Counted from the stretch's first letter, positions 26,592 to 40,285 are shown. The stretch is DNA of 64,000 bases from Octopus vulgaris (GCA_951406725.2 OX597818.1:21142001-21206000); one strand, 5' to 3'. The notes: a model not told the origin generated them from the letters alone. Made by a program: numbers and translations.

Positions 26592-28078
26592 AATCTTAAT
26601 ACCAATGTTCATGAGACGAGTGCCTCTGTTAAAAATCATTAAGAGTAGTGTGTGTGTGTGTATATGTCACAAGTTACTGCATTTAAATAATTTGGATCAA
26701 ATATAAAAGAAAAACAAAATTACAGCATCATTAGATATGAAAAAAGAATTGGTTTAGCATCTTCAGTTTGTGGATTTCTTATATTAGCATGTTTAGTAGG
26801 AGAGATTCTTCTCATACTTGAAAATTCACATTTAGCGATGTATGCAGCTGAAGAGATTGAATAATTCAAAACAGAGGTTTGATCATGTGATCTCCAGGTC
26901 TTCTTGACACTATATGTTTTGTCATTTTACTAGGCTGCTTTTTTTTTTCTTTGAACTGTAGTTGTAGTTCAACCCTGGGTCAGCTCAGATGGAGCAAATT
27001 TATGATCAATGGTATTCTGATTTCTAAAATTGCAAGAATCCTTCAGTGTGACACTTTGATTCCATTTCTCTATGTGATTGCAATTGACTACATCTTTAGG
27101 CAAAGTCTTGACCCCCATCCAAAACAAAAGCCTCACATTCAAGCAAATGTGATCAAGATATCAACAGAGCTTGCATCTTTCCAACCTTGTCCATATACTC
27201 ACAGAGTTGAAATGCTGTTTGATTTTTTTCCATCATAGAATTTCCATCATCCCACTACCAGTTTGCCTTCACCCCTTCCTTCCTTCCTTATTCATCTATC
27301 ACCCCTTCCTTTCTCATTCATGTATTGTGATAGAGAAAAACACAAGAGTATTATTATAGTAGATAGTTTCAATTTTTTGGCACAAGGCCAGTAGTCTTTT
27401 AGAAGGAGGTACTTATTTTACTGACCCTTGAAGGAATGAAAGGCAAAGTCAGTCTCAACTGTAAACCCAGGACGACATAGGACAAGGTGGTGAAGCATGA
27501 TCTTCAGATCTTGGGTCTCATGGAGCTGATGACAAGTGATTGAGACCTTTGGCGATTTGCTGTGCTTGAAAATACGTCAAGCCAAATGAAATCATAGTTG
27601 TGACAGATAAAAGGCACCCACTACACTCTTGGAATGGTTGGTATTCATAGGGAAGGCAACCAACCATAGAAATCAAGCCAAATCAAACTGGAGCCTGGTA
27701 CAGCTCTCTGGCTTGCCAGTCTCAGTCAAACCATCTAATCCATGTCAGCATGGAAAACGAACACTAAATTATGATGATGATAAACATAAAGAACTAGAAG
27801 AAATGCTACTAAATATTTTGTCTGACCTACTAATGGTTCTACCAGCTCACTGCCTTATTATTACTATTATTAATAATAATTGCTTCAAATTTTGATGTAA
27901 AATCAGCTATTATAGGGGGAGGGGTTAGTTGATTACATCTACCACAGTTCTTGATTGGTACTTTATTTTATTAACTCAAAAGGATGAAAGACAAACTTGA
28001 ACTCAGAACATTAAGAGCCAGAAGAAATTCTACTAAGCATTTTGTTTGATTCTCCCCAGCTCACTGCAATAATAATAA

Positions 28079-28293
28079 TAAAGAAACATCTAGACACTTT
28101 GGAAATACCCTGCAATCTTAGTCTATTGCAAAAATCCGTTTTACTGGGAACTGCAAACATGCTGTGTAAAGTATTGTATGTCTGAGGTCCTTGTTGTGAC
28201 TTGACAGACAATATAAACCCCTGGTACACGCAATACCTTCAATCTACAACATCACAGTATTGGATACTGCATGACATCTTCAGTAATAATGAT
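28079..28293 (+). mobile_element. 3' end of an RLE-type (R4/Dong-like) non-LTR retrotransposon
   Basis: KKHLDTLEIPCNLSLLQKSVLLGTANMLCKVLYV* matches the LQKxxLLGTAxILRxVL C-terminus; flanked by (AAT)n-like tracts. Confidence 0.7.
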
Positions 28294-28952
28294 ATCAGAA
28301 TTTGGTACAAAGCCAGTAGGTTTGGGTAGGGAGTGGTCGATTACATTGACCCCCCCCAGTGTTAAACTGGTACTTTTTTTTTAACCCGAAAGAATGAAAG
28401 GCAAAGTCAATCTTGGCAGAATTTGAATGCAGAACGGGGATAGTTGAAATGTTGCTAAGCATTTTACCTGGCAAGCTAATGATTCTGCCAGCTTGCCGCT
28501 TCAATAATAATAATAATGGTTTCAAGTTTTGGCACAAGGCCAGTAATTTTAGAGTGAGGTCTTTGTTGATACCATCGACCCCAGTTCTTGTTTAGTGTCT
28601 CACATATTCTAGAAATAAAGCCAAAAAGTGGAGAATATATGCGTTTAAATATATTTTCCTCCTTACTATCACCACTTCACCATCACTACTTGTATAACAG
28701 CATCTACTAGTGTGGAGAAGACAAACCTGCTCCTATAATCACTACCTTAGGTACCATGGGACCACTGTTGTAAATTAGTTTTATCTAAATTGCATAAAGT
28801 CTATTGTGTTGTAGCTAATTAATTGATCTATGTGGTAGCAGTAGCAGTGATGGTGGTGGTGGTTGTGATTCTAGTGAACTGATTAATTTTTTTGCTGTAT
28901 CACTTCATTCATAATATACATACTTATACAATTATGTATGTTGATTAATATA

Positions 28953-29253
28953 TGGCCCAGTCGTTAGGGCAGCGGACTCGCGGTTGTAGGATCACGGTTT
29001 CGATTCCCAGACCGGGCGTTTTGAGTGTTTATTGAATGAAAAACACCTAAAGCTTCACGAGGCTCTGGCAGGGGGGGGGGGGCGATCCCTGCTGCACTCT
29101 TTCGCCACAACTTTCTCTCATTCTTTCTTCTGTTGGCCTGCTCACTTAGTCAGCGGGGTGGCGTCATTTGAAGGCTAAAACAATGTGAAATGCATTGTGA
29201 CCAGCGATGTGTAACAACATCTGATAGCCTGGTCGGTCACAGTGATCACGGTG
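28953..29253 (+). mobile_element. tRNA-derived SINE family E
   Basis: ggcccagtcgttagggcagcggactcgcgg...ggtttcgattccc head; second copy on the minus strand at about 44860-45057. Confidence 0.8.
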
Positions 29254-31696
29254 ATATATATATATATATATGTATTCATCATCATCATCATTTAATGTTC
29301 ACTTTGCCATGCTTGCATGGGTCAGATGGAATTTATTTGTGACAGGTTTTCTACAGTCGGACACCCTTTCTGTTCCCAACCCTTGCCTTTTTTTTCAAGT
29401 AAGGTAATATTTCCCCACAATCAGGTATGTTCACACAGAATATTGGAAATTAATGGTACTGCTTGTATGACTGACTCTTATTCACAGTTATCGCTCACTG
29501 TCAAGACAGGGAGGCGCAAACACACTCACACTTACACATATAAACAAGTACATATTGATATATGACAGGCTCCTTTCAGTTTCTGCCTCTCAAATCCACT
29601 CACAAGGCTCTAGTTGGCCCTTATCTTTAAAAAGAGATACTTTGCCTAAAGTGCCATGTAGTGAAACTGAAACCCAGAGCCATATGTTTGGAAAGAAAAC
29701 CTTTTACTACACATGTTAGCATATATCCCACACACACACACAGAGTTTTATGCATGTAGCAGTAACAATTGAACATCTCTTTGTGCACACAAGATACACC
29801 ATAACTTGCTCCCTAGCAGTGGAGCTCCACTGATTTGATTACTGGAACATGGATAAACAGCAATTTGGCATATCACTAAAAAGTATGCTAATTCCTGGTA
29901 AACAACTATACCTGGAACTTTTTGCTACACAGGAATAATGACCTTATAAGGAGAATCAGATGGTGAGGTTACCTTTATGAAAATGCTTCTCCATCTACCC
30001 AACTCTAGGCATTAATTCTCCATAACATAATGTAATAAAGTGTTCCCTAATAATCTGTTGTTAAACATCTAATTGCACTTGGAACATCCAATGCAGAATT
30101 CTAAGTAGCCACAATGGTGAAATGTACTTAGAAACTAATAATATAAATGTGTTTATTATAAGTAATTTCTCCCCTGTGTGTGTATGTATTGAGAGAGATA
30201 TATCACACATGTATACATATGTAGGGTAGTGGTGAGTACAGAGCCAAGTATAGACCAGTATTGAGCCTATTGTTCATATCACTAAGTTCAAATTTCTCAC
30301 AGTTGTTTTGTTGTTTCTGGACAGGATACTTTGTTCTACATTACTTAGAGTCACTGTTTGAAATGGATATCACATCATCTGACTAGGAGTGTTACGTATA
30401 ATAGACTGGTATTTTATCCTAAAGAGGGTTATTCATCAGCCACTTCACATAATGAGCCTGAAGCTAAACACTAGCTCTTAGTAGTCCTTCAAGGATCGAG
30501 AAACATTTACACACACACACACACATACATACATACACATGCAAAAATATTGGCTCTAACTTTGTAGAATATCAGGCAAAATTCTTTGAGGTATTTGGTT
30601 ACTGTCTAAGTTCAAATCCCATCCAGACAGTTTTACCTTTCAGCCTCCTGTGGCTGATAAAATATCTAGCAGGTACATACTTGTATCAATATAATCTACT
30701 GACCTTTGAAGGCAGGACTGCAGCATGGACTCAAATGTGTTTGATCATAGGCCTACTGGATTAGAGCTGGCCCGAGGCTAAACACAACCAATAAATAAAA
30801 ACCTTACCATTATTTTAATTAATCTTTGCTTAGTTTTTGATTATATTGTCAGTTATTTGAAAACACATAATTCGATTGTTAGAAATATGATCATAAAAAT
30901 AAGTAAGGTGCCACATAGAATACAGACAGAATCCTCCATTCCTCTTCATTTTAATTCTTGAAACAATGTACAAGGGGTTTGTCATTTTTCTTTCTTTCAA
31001 TTCTGTTACTCTCATTTCAAAATTAATCAAAGTACTGATAAAAGGACGTTTGAAATAGTGTCCAAAGCAGAAGAATCTAGAACTAAATCTAAGGTGGTCA
31101 AGTTGATAGGATTCTGGACAACCACTTGTTCATATCCTAGATTTTCACTGGCATTGCTCAAGAGACTTGAACTCTCAAATAGCCCAGTCCACTATGTTCT
31201 AAATAGGTACCGCAAAGGAGAATAACTCATTGCCATGACTAGCAACAGCCCTGTTAGTTAACTCCAATCAAGTAAACCTATCATCAAAGACTTTCCAGTT
31301 GTGGCCATACTTAGTCTTTGTTCATTAGACATTGTGTACTTCTGATGTTATCTTGTGTATTTTTCCTACTGGTAGGGTGTAGTTTGGAAGAGATTTGGTT
31401 GCTGTTTCTCACCGGTTGAGTCTCTATGGTCAAAGTGGCATTAGACAAGTTTAGTAAAAAGAGCAGGGGCTACCATTCATATCATTGATCATGTTTGTGC
31501 AGCATTTAATACAGAGAACACAGACACTCTGATATTGGTGGCAGAGATGATGATGATGATGATGATGATAATGATGATGATAACAATGTCTTCAGTGATG
31601 ATATAACTTATCAATCATCATCATCATTATCATTTGTTGCTCAAAGAAAATTTAAAAGATTAATAATAAACTTATGATATTCTTATTTCATTTCAG

Positions 31697-31841
31697 ACGT
31701 GTCATAATACATGGTGATCCTTTGACTCCTAAACTACTGGAAGGAAATAGTTCCAAAAGTGTATTTCTGCAGGAATGGTCCAGTGAATCAGCTGACTTCA
31801 GTCCCTCTGGGAAACGGACAGATATCACATTTATAATTGAA
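31697..31841 (+). CDS. Internal coding exon of an unidentified plus-strand gene (phase 2 in, phase 0 out): RVIIHGDPLTPKLLEGNSSKSVFLQEWSSESADFSPSGKRTDITFIIE
   Basis: Acceptor tcttatttcatttcag|, donor GAA|gtaagt, 145 nt with one open frame, non-repetitive protein-like sequence; phase matches the exon at 51917. Confidence 0.8.
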
Positions 31842-32164
31842 GTAAGTTCATTCAGCTATTATTACTAATATTATGTTTTTAACAGTTTCACACAAGTTTT
31901 GAATTTGGTTAAATTTCTTCCAACCACTTGTAGATTTTCAAATTTTGGCCAGATTATTTTCAGATGTAGTTCTGATGTAGTTTTGCATGCTGATATTGAA
32001 AATCACTTTCATTTTCCCTAGAAATTAATAATCATTTCTACTCTAGGCACAAAGCACAAAATTTTAGGGGAGGGGGCCAGTCAATTAGATTGACCCCAGT
32101 ATGCAACTGGTACTTAATTTATCAACCCTAAAAGGATGAAAGACAAAGTCAACCTTCCTTGAAA

Positions 32165-32545
32165 TTAGTTAGTTAGTTAGTTAGTTAATTTGGCTCAAAA
32201 GCAAAAAGCAAGGCCATGTAGGGGGACATGGAGTTAAGTGCAGGGTGGTGTTCATGTAAAGAGTTCAGGCCACTTGAGGTCCAGGGAGGCTTTGAACAAA
32301 GCGGTCGTCGGCATCTTCACCATCTCGTCTGGCAGCTTGTTCCACGGATCCACAACCCGGACGGAGAAAGCTCCTCTCCTTCGATTGAGATGAAATCGTC
32401 GCAGGTAGAGCTTTTTGGAATGACCCTGCAGCCGACGCTCTGGAGCAGGAGTGAAGAACAGCTCTTTCGAGAGGTTACACTTTCCACTTATGATGTTGTG
32501 GGCGAGAATGAGATCACCACGGCGGCGGCGTTTTTCAAGAGAATA
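32165..32545 (-). mobile_element. 5'-truncated CR1-clade LINE (ORF2 C-terminus, 3'UTR, (TAAC)n tail)
   Basis: SLEKRRRRGDLI...RLQGHSKKL...AFSVRVVDPWNKLP...FKASLD are CR1 ORF2 C-terminal motifs; frame intact and CpG-rich. Confidence 0.9.
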
Positions 32546-34804
32546 AATTGATAATAAAGGAGTTGCAAACATTTAAAGTTATTTAATTTTAGCTAATCGA
32601 AAACGTTCATTGCTGATATATTGTAGGTCAGAGCTGCCTGTTGTCAGGGATAGCAACAAAATCAAAGATAAGACAACAAAGATAAAACCTTCATGTGATC
32701 TCTTGACTTGATAGAAATAGGAGCTAAATCTTCCTTAATCTATACCATAATGTGTAAAAAAATAGAAAGTTTCTATCATACTATTTTCTGGAGGTGAATG
32801 CTACGTTATTTTGGGAGAGAAAATAGAATTGTTTTTGGTATCCTTCATTTCTTTTAGTTTGTTGTCAGGGTTTGTTTTGCTGTTTCTGGCGCTACTTCAG
32901 TAGTTGTCTGTTGTATAAAATGTGCTATCTGCATTATATTGTTTTATTGAATGGTGATTGTGTTTCATATATGTTAAAGTGTTTCAGTGTTGGAATGTGA
33001 TTGTATAGAATGTGTTGTGTGAATTGGCATTATTATGTTTTAGTATCAGGTTGTGTTATGTGTTTTCTTTAGTGTCAGGTGATGGTTTTGTGTTGAGTAT
33101 GTGATGTGTGGGTTTGCAAATAGAGTTGAGATTCTCAATCAGAAATAAATTTACTTCCTGAAGGTAATCTTAACATGTTAAGGAGTTAAACATATCATGC
33201 TTGAAAATTAACTATTAATTCTGTAATGCAAAACCTTGATAATAAATTCATCTCATCTTTTTTTTTTAATCTGTGATTTTATGCTGACTAGGTGTTTTGG
33301 TGGAAATATAAGGGAGTGGGGAATAGAATTTATGATATTGAAGGAGATAAATAATTGAAAGGTTTCAGAAAGCATGCCTTAGAGTTGGATAAATAATATC
33401 ATATTTGTTTATTTATTTGTTCTTGTTTTTAACCATTCCATGCTGTATCAGACATCGGTCCATCCACACCTACCGAGTTCTAAGGTTTCTTTGGATGGCT
33501 TTTGTAGCTTGCTAGATGAAAAGTGGTTGCTAGACCCTAGCTAACCACTCCTCCAATTTTGGAAGAAGCAGACACTGAGTGATCCCCACACAACCCTTTT
33601 ACAGTGCAGTGTAACCAATTCTGAGAGTTGGGTCAAGATAGAGTTTACCTCAACAATGAATGGTAGTTTATATATCAACCACTAAAAAGTAAAGTTGACC
33701 TTGACCAGATTTGAACACACTTATTATTGTTAAGGATGGTGAATTGGTAGAATTGATAGAGCCTCACACAAAACATCTTGCAGAATTTTATGACCCTTTA
33801 TGTTCTGAGCTCAAGCCCTTTCACCCATCAAAAGTTTTATTTTCAAAATTAATTGAAACACATAAGCAATGTGCCAGTGCCACATTAAAAAAAAAAGCAC
33901 CCATGATGATGTCACATAAAAATTTCTTATACTGGCTTCTTTTTATAAAGCACCCATGCAGGTGCCATGTGCTGGTGTCATGTAAAAAGCACCCAGTACA
34001 TTCTGTAAAGTGGTTGATGTTAGAAAGGGCATCTAACTATAGAAACCATGTCAAAACACACAATGGGAATCTGATGCAGTTTTCTGACTTGCCAGCTCCT
34101 GTCAAATCATGGAACAGGGACATTAAATGATGATAATCAATAGAAACATAGTAATAAATGGATTAAGACATCAAATTTTTTAACTCCCCAGTCATCTAAA
34201 TTGGTACACAATGAATATAAGGGTTATAAGGAGACTCCAGTATTTAAAGGAAGGTTTCAGTATAGAACATGAATGATTAATAACATGATTATAATTTTTT
34301 TAATATTTATTTTACCTTTAGAGATGAAACATTTTTTTTTTATTAATGTTTACACTACACTAAGTTTCAATCAATTTAATCTCCAATTGTCATCTTATTC
34401 CTGGAAATGCATGCAGTACTAGACTGGATTCAAACTAGGAAACTATATTTATAAACTAATGATAGTAATGCTCTTATCCACTAACTCTGTCTCTAACACA
34501 CACATTAACACTGTAATTACAGCTATCTGCCTGTTCTCATTAAAAGAATTACTGTTGTTGCTATCATTAGTTTTCAGAATCAGCAACCCAAGCACTGGAC
34601 TAAATGTGAATGGATGATGATGTGTGCTGGGCTAAAACATTAAAGGCTGTCAGTGGAAAATTACTGTGCAGAACTATTGTGTATAGCTACTATCATAATA
34701 GTTTCTACTCCTTAGAACTAGCTAGTTATATACCACTTCCACCTAACCTCTTCAAGCCCAGTGCTAACCCTTTCTCCTAATTATTTCTCCTGTCCCCATC
34801 TTAC

Positions 34805-34884
34805 CTGTAGAATCCACTCAGATATTCAAACTGAACATCAGTTGTATCAATATTGTCAGTCTCTGGATGGACTTTTCCTTCTTC
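34805..34884 (-). CDS. Candidate antisense exon nested in the last intron: EEGKVHPETDNIDTTDVQFEYLSGFY
   Basis: Minus strand: acceptor ttttctttttatctttag|, donor CAG|gtaaga, 80 nt; frame 0 open, the other two frames closed. Confidence 0.5.
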
Positions 34885-36094
34885 CTAAAGATAAAAAGAA
34901 AACTATGTATGAAGAAGCGAGGCTATCAGATATCAGGAGGCTGAACCTCAGATGAAATGATAAGAGACTGAAATTACTCTTGTGGTAATAAATTTGTCCA
35001 CCACAAGCCAGAATGAGGGGCAGGGGAGGAGTGATAGACCTCCCAGCCTTAAATGAAGTCCCTACTGGAAATAGCAACCAAATTATCCTCCAATCACATC
35101 ATGTAGCCTTTTCAAAAAAGGACATGTTTGATTATATAGTTCGGGATACACTAAGAATGGATAAAAGACCAAATGGGCAAAGCGCTTGACCATAGATTTA
35201 TATGATCATTGGCTGATCTAGGAGTAAACAACAGCAATAAGCATTAAAACGGCTGTGGTAGTGGTGAGGAGGAAGAAGAGGAGTTGAAACTGTAAAGAAT
35301 CAACATAAATACCTTGTAGTATTTAGTAACCCACCCTTAAAGTTCTGAGTTTGTATCTCACTGGTGTCAACCTTGAACTTCATCTGTTCAGGATTTGTTA
35401 TCCAACAATGCTCAGTTTTAATCAGAAGGACTTGTGGACAGATTGGTTGAGGGAATTACACAGAGGCACACACCTTTTGCATGTGAAGCAAATAGTTAAT
35501 TGTGATGGAATTAACATACTTAATGGCACAAGCCCAGTCAATTTTAAATTAATTTAAATTTCAGTTATCTCCCTGACCAGAATTAATCATAAGCTGTTTA
35601 TTCTACTCCTTATTACAAGTGTATTTCTAATTTATTAAAACATGTTTTTTCACTTACATTATGTTAATCTACACTTAACTATCAGTCTTAGTTAACTATA
35701 ATCATGTTCCCTATGAATTTATTGGACTTATGCCAATGTGAGAAATTGGAACTATTGCTTCTTCATATTTATTTCTTCTTTTTAGTTTTTATCAGTCTAC
35801 ATCAGCATCTTGTTCTTCTTGCTCCTCCTTTTCCTCAACTTTTATAATTTTTCTTTTCTTTTCTTCCATATCTATCTGAATATCTTTTGAAACCTATGTA
35901 CATATGTTTGTGTTAGCCTCTGCACATATGTATGAAGGATGTGTATTCATGTGTGAGTGCATAGCTTGTCTATGCATGTTTGTGTGTTTTTGGTGTCTTT
36001 GAGTGCATATTACCATATGTTTTGTTATTCTCTAATTTTGGAAAAGCAGTTAGAAGAAAAAAAATATTTTGACTCAGCTAACCAACAGCGACAA

Positions 36095-36290
36095 ATTAAC
36101 TGGATTCAAGCTACATTTTCCACACATGTAACTTAGTTTCCAGACACCTGGGCTAAAATTCTCCATATACCATGTTTTAGATCTTTTTCACTGTGTGGTC
36201 CACATTTGTTATACATATGGACCAAGTTCCTGATACATGTGAGCTAAATTCTCCACACATGTAGCTTATATTTTCAAACAAGTAGGCTAC
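36095..36290. repeat. Degenerate minisatellite of about 21 bp (gctaaattctccacacatgt-like)
   Basis: Recurring tccacacatgt / gctaaa(a)ttctcca blocks. Confidence 0.5.
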
Positions 36291-36652
36291 TTTCATTCAA
36301 CTTCTATCGCTACTACTCAAAATTTTTAATAAAGAGCAACAAATGAACATTATGACTAATTATAGTCTTTAGATTTACTTGTGTCACGCAGCTCCATTTC
36401 CAGCAAAAAATGTCATGCTAAATTTCTCTGGGCCTTTCTCTCTGTAGCTGTTTTTCAGACTTTAGATGAAAATCCAGCCACTATGCAGGATCACAGGGAG
36501 AAGGGTAAAAGACAGGCTACATAGTAAGTCCTACTGTTCTAAGGAATAAATTTTGATACAAAACCATTTTAGATATGTAATTTAATTTAATGAGGCAAAA
36601 TTTCACCAAGCTTTACCATTTTGAAGTCATCTGCTGTCAAGTATTTACTGCA

Positions 36653-37002
36653 TGAGGAATGTTTGAAGGATCAAATATGCCCTCCGTCATGCCCTCATGC
36701 TCTCCGTTGTCAACCAGAAGAGTTCATCTATGAAGCAATTGCTCCAGCTCCCCTTCAGGGTTGGCGAAAGCGATGTGGTGGACAACGAAAAACCTGGCTG
36801 ATGACAGTCAAGGCTGATCTGGAACCCAACCTAGGCCCTCATATCTACAACGTTCACTGCTGGAATAAGGATTGGTTGGAGATCACATGGTCGTTAGCCT
36901 CAAATTGCCAGGTCTGGTCGGCGTTTGTGAGAGATACAGCATTGAGGATGAATGAAGCCAGCTCAACCCACCCTGGATGAATGCTGTCTCAAGAAGAAGA
37001 AG
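36653..37002 (+). mobile_element. 5'-truncated RTE-clade LINE
   Basis: GWRKRCGGQRKTWLMTVKADL C-terminal motif, (GAA)n tail, 14-bp TSD AAGTATTTACTGCA (36639-36652, 37003-37016). Confidence 0.88.
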
Positions 37003-37763
37003 AAGTATTTACTGCAATAACAGAATTCTTGCTTCTGAGATAATTATTTCCATATTCACTGCATTTCTTTTATGTTTCTGTCTTTGGATTATGGTCATGT
37101 TGGGACACCACTTTCAAATGTTTTAGTGATTATTGGCTCCAATACTTTTTCTGGTATTTGACTTGTTCTCAATTTATGGAATAGCTAAGTTCTCCTTCAT
37201 CATAAAAGTACATAACTTGCTCAGAGTAAATACTTTTTGTTTGCTAGACTAATTGACTAATTATCAGCAATTCTTATCTATATACACATACAGATGACAG
37301 GCTTGCACTTAGTTTCCATCTACTAAATTTCACTCAGAGGATATTGGTCAATCTAACTTTATAGAAGAATACACTTTTCCAATATGCATTGCTGTGGGAT
37401 TAGATCCAGAAACACATAATTGCAAAGTGAAATTATTCAACACAACCATATCTGTGCCCCTACTAGACTTTCTAGGGTTACATTGTCTACATGTTGAGTT
37501 GCACTTGGTGACACCAAAACAGTTATATCCTGGTTGATTCATTAAAAACACACAAGCATTGTTATGTTTACTTTTAACACTAAGTACATATTTTCATTTG
37601 AAGAGACTGGAGCAATGTGGATTGAAGTGCCTGGTCCAGGAATTGAACTTACGACCTTATGATCATAAGTCCGATGCCTTACCACTAGGCCATGTGCTTT
37701 TACCTTGTATTTCAGGATGAGGACCCTTTCTTCAGAGAAATGGTGTTGGAAGCTGACCCCTCT

Positions 37764-37769
<6 letters not shown>

Positions 37770-37842
<73 letters not shown>
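37770..37842. repeat. (TC)n microsatellite; another at 47722-47792
   Basis: Read directly from the sequence. Confidence 0.95.
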
Positions 37843-37845
<3 letters not shown>

Positions 37846-39914
37846 AGGGTCGTTTTGCATTACTGTGATAGTCATTCAGCTGTGTTCAGTTCTGTTATTA
37901 ATATGTGGATGTTGCATTTGTTTTATTCTCAAGTTTCCAATTTTACTAACTTATTATTCTGAGAATGGTAAAATAGATTTGTTTTATAGATTCTTTTATC
38001 AAAAGACAATGATTGTTTCTAACTTAGGCACAAGGCCAATGTTATTGAGGAGAGGCAGAGTTGGTTGATGAAATTAGGCCCAGTATTGACTGTACTTGAT
38101 TGGTATTTTATCAACTTTAGAGGGATGAAAGGCAAATTTTACCTCCGTGAAATTTGAATTCAAAATTTAAAGAGGTGGAACAAATACTGCAATGCATTTT
38201 GTCAAAGCACTGGCACAAGGCTAGATTTTGTATTTGGAATTTAGTCAATTGCATCTGACTTAGTACATTCATCATTTCATTTAATATCGTTTTCCATGTT
38301 GGCATGGATTGGATAGCTTGACAGGAACTGGTAAGGCCAGGGACTATACCAGGTTCCATAGTGTTTTTGGTTTAGTGTCTACAGCTGGAAACTCTTCCTG
38401 ATATCAACCACTTTACAAAGTGTACTGGATGCCTTTTACATGACACCATCACCAGTGCTTTTTACATGGTGATGATGCTTTTTATGTGGCACCAGCACCA
38501 GTGCATTTTACGTGGTGCCAGCTCCAGTATTTACTTCTTAAACACTGCTTTACCACCATAAAGAGTGAAGGGCAAAACTTATCCTTCATAAGATGTGAAC
38601 TCAGGCTAGAGAGAAACATAATACAGCAATATAGTTAGTCATACAGCAGCCTTCCATATCTGCTTTTCTCATCAAACATGACAAAAAAAGTTGGTTTCTA
38701 CAATAAAGAGTTATGAAAAAGGTGTAAGGCCTCCCAATCCCACCAAAATTTCACTTTGCTTTGCACCTTCTCTTGATAAATAATATAAGAAGCATTCACC
38801 ATAACTGGGATCATTTTTACAAACTGTGTTCTCCCTGCCTTCTCCCTAAAAAAAAGGGGGGAGCCTGCATTCTACCTAAAATTAAAAAGAAGAGAGGCCT
38901 TGTGCTTAGGTGAGAAACCAAATATTATCGAAACGAAGTTTTATTATTATTATTATATTCTTTGTTTTATTACGAGGTGCAGGTGAAATTTCAGAAAAGT
39001 ATCTATAATAATGATAGGGTTTTGGAGTATGTAATGAGGTAGGAGATTATGTGATGATTACATGACCAGTAAGAATAAAATATACAAGTATATTAATCTT
39101 ATGTATTTGGATAAACATACACTTGCCCACTCATATACAGATATATATATATATATTTGTTTAGGAGTGTGGGCATATGTGTGTGTGTGTCTACCCAAAT
39201 ACTTTGGATTAATTTGCTTGTATTTTTTCTTACTGGTCATATATATATACACATACACATTTATATATGTGTATGTATGCTTGTTTATAGATCTACATAC
39301 ATACATACATACACGCGTATGTGTTTTGTATATAAAATTGTTATCATTATCATTTTCACATGCATTCCTCCATGTTATTATAGGTTAGAAGCATCCATGA
39401 AACAGCTACAGTTCATGTATACATATATGTAAATGTTTATACGCGTATGTATTCATTTATGTATGTCAGTGACAGAATGCATACACACACACATCAATAC
39501 TTCAAGAAAAGAAACAGCAGCAACCTAAAATTAAGCTATACCATTATCAACCCATGAAAGAAAAAAAAAACTAACCTAAAGAGAAAATATCAGAACATTG
39601 ACAGCAGCAGCAGTTACAACAACAAAAACAAATGGATTAGCAATCTCCTGCAACAACAACAACAACAAGCATCTTCATCATTTTTCATTTGCTTTTATAT
39701 GATAATAATAATGATAATAATTAATCAACATCGGCAATTGAATTAATAGACTCCTGTATGTTGATAACAATAGGGATAAAAAATAACAGCCTTCATATAC
39801 GAATAACGATAACAGCCTCTCTGTAACAACAACAACGTTTAGATAAGGAGAAAATGGTAGAATTTATAGACTTCAAACAACAACAAAATTAATAATCTTC
39901 AGTCAACAACAGCA

Positions 39915-40285
39915 GAATTAACAGCATTCAAACCACAAGAGAATTAGCAACCTTCAACAGCAACAAAAAGAATTAGCAACCTATAGCAATAATGACTGAA
40001 TTAGCAACCACTAAAGCGATAACAAAAGAATTAGCAACCTCCAAACAACAAGAGAATTAGCAATCACTAAACAAGACAATTAGCAACCTCCAAGCAGCAA
40101 TTAGCAACCACTAGACAATGACAACAGAATTAACATCCTGCGACAACAGAATTAGCAACCTACAACAATTTCAGTAACAGAATTAGCACCCAACAACAAC
40201 AAGAATAGCAACCTCCAATAACAATCACAATCTCCAAACAACAACACAGAATTAGCAACCTGTATCAACACCAAAATTAGCAACC
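39915..40285. repeat. Degenerate minisatellite with conserved core GAATTAGCAACC (about 14 copies, mostly 21-31 bp apart)
   Basis: Cores start at 39915, 39941, 39970, 39998, 40028, 40054, 40077, 40098, 40127, 40149, 40180, 40203, 40249 and 40274. Confidence 0.9.

Noticed and set aside
28953-29030. tRNA gene (also the heads at about 8540-8609, 10540-10609 and 26500-26591)
   Set aside because: These continue into SINE bodies, occur in multiple copies, and several have TSDs; they are SINE heads.
34761-34955. Plus-strand 64-aa ORF as an exon of the host gene
   Set aside because: Its acceptor would need phase 2 while the upstream exon exits in phase 0; the minus-strand splice signals are much stronger.
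36459-36527. Plus-strand exon-like stretch TLDENPATMQDHREKG (also 33452-33484 and 28701-28750)
   Set aside because: Splice sites or phases do not chain with the supported exons, or the donor is weak; cannot be told from chance without RNA data.
39915-40285. CRISPR array
   Set aside because: The repeat is only 12 nt, spacers are short, unequal and similar to each other, there are no cas genes, and the context is a eukaryotic intron.
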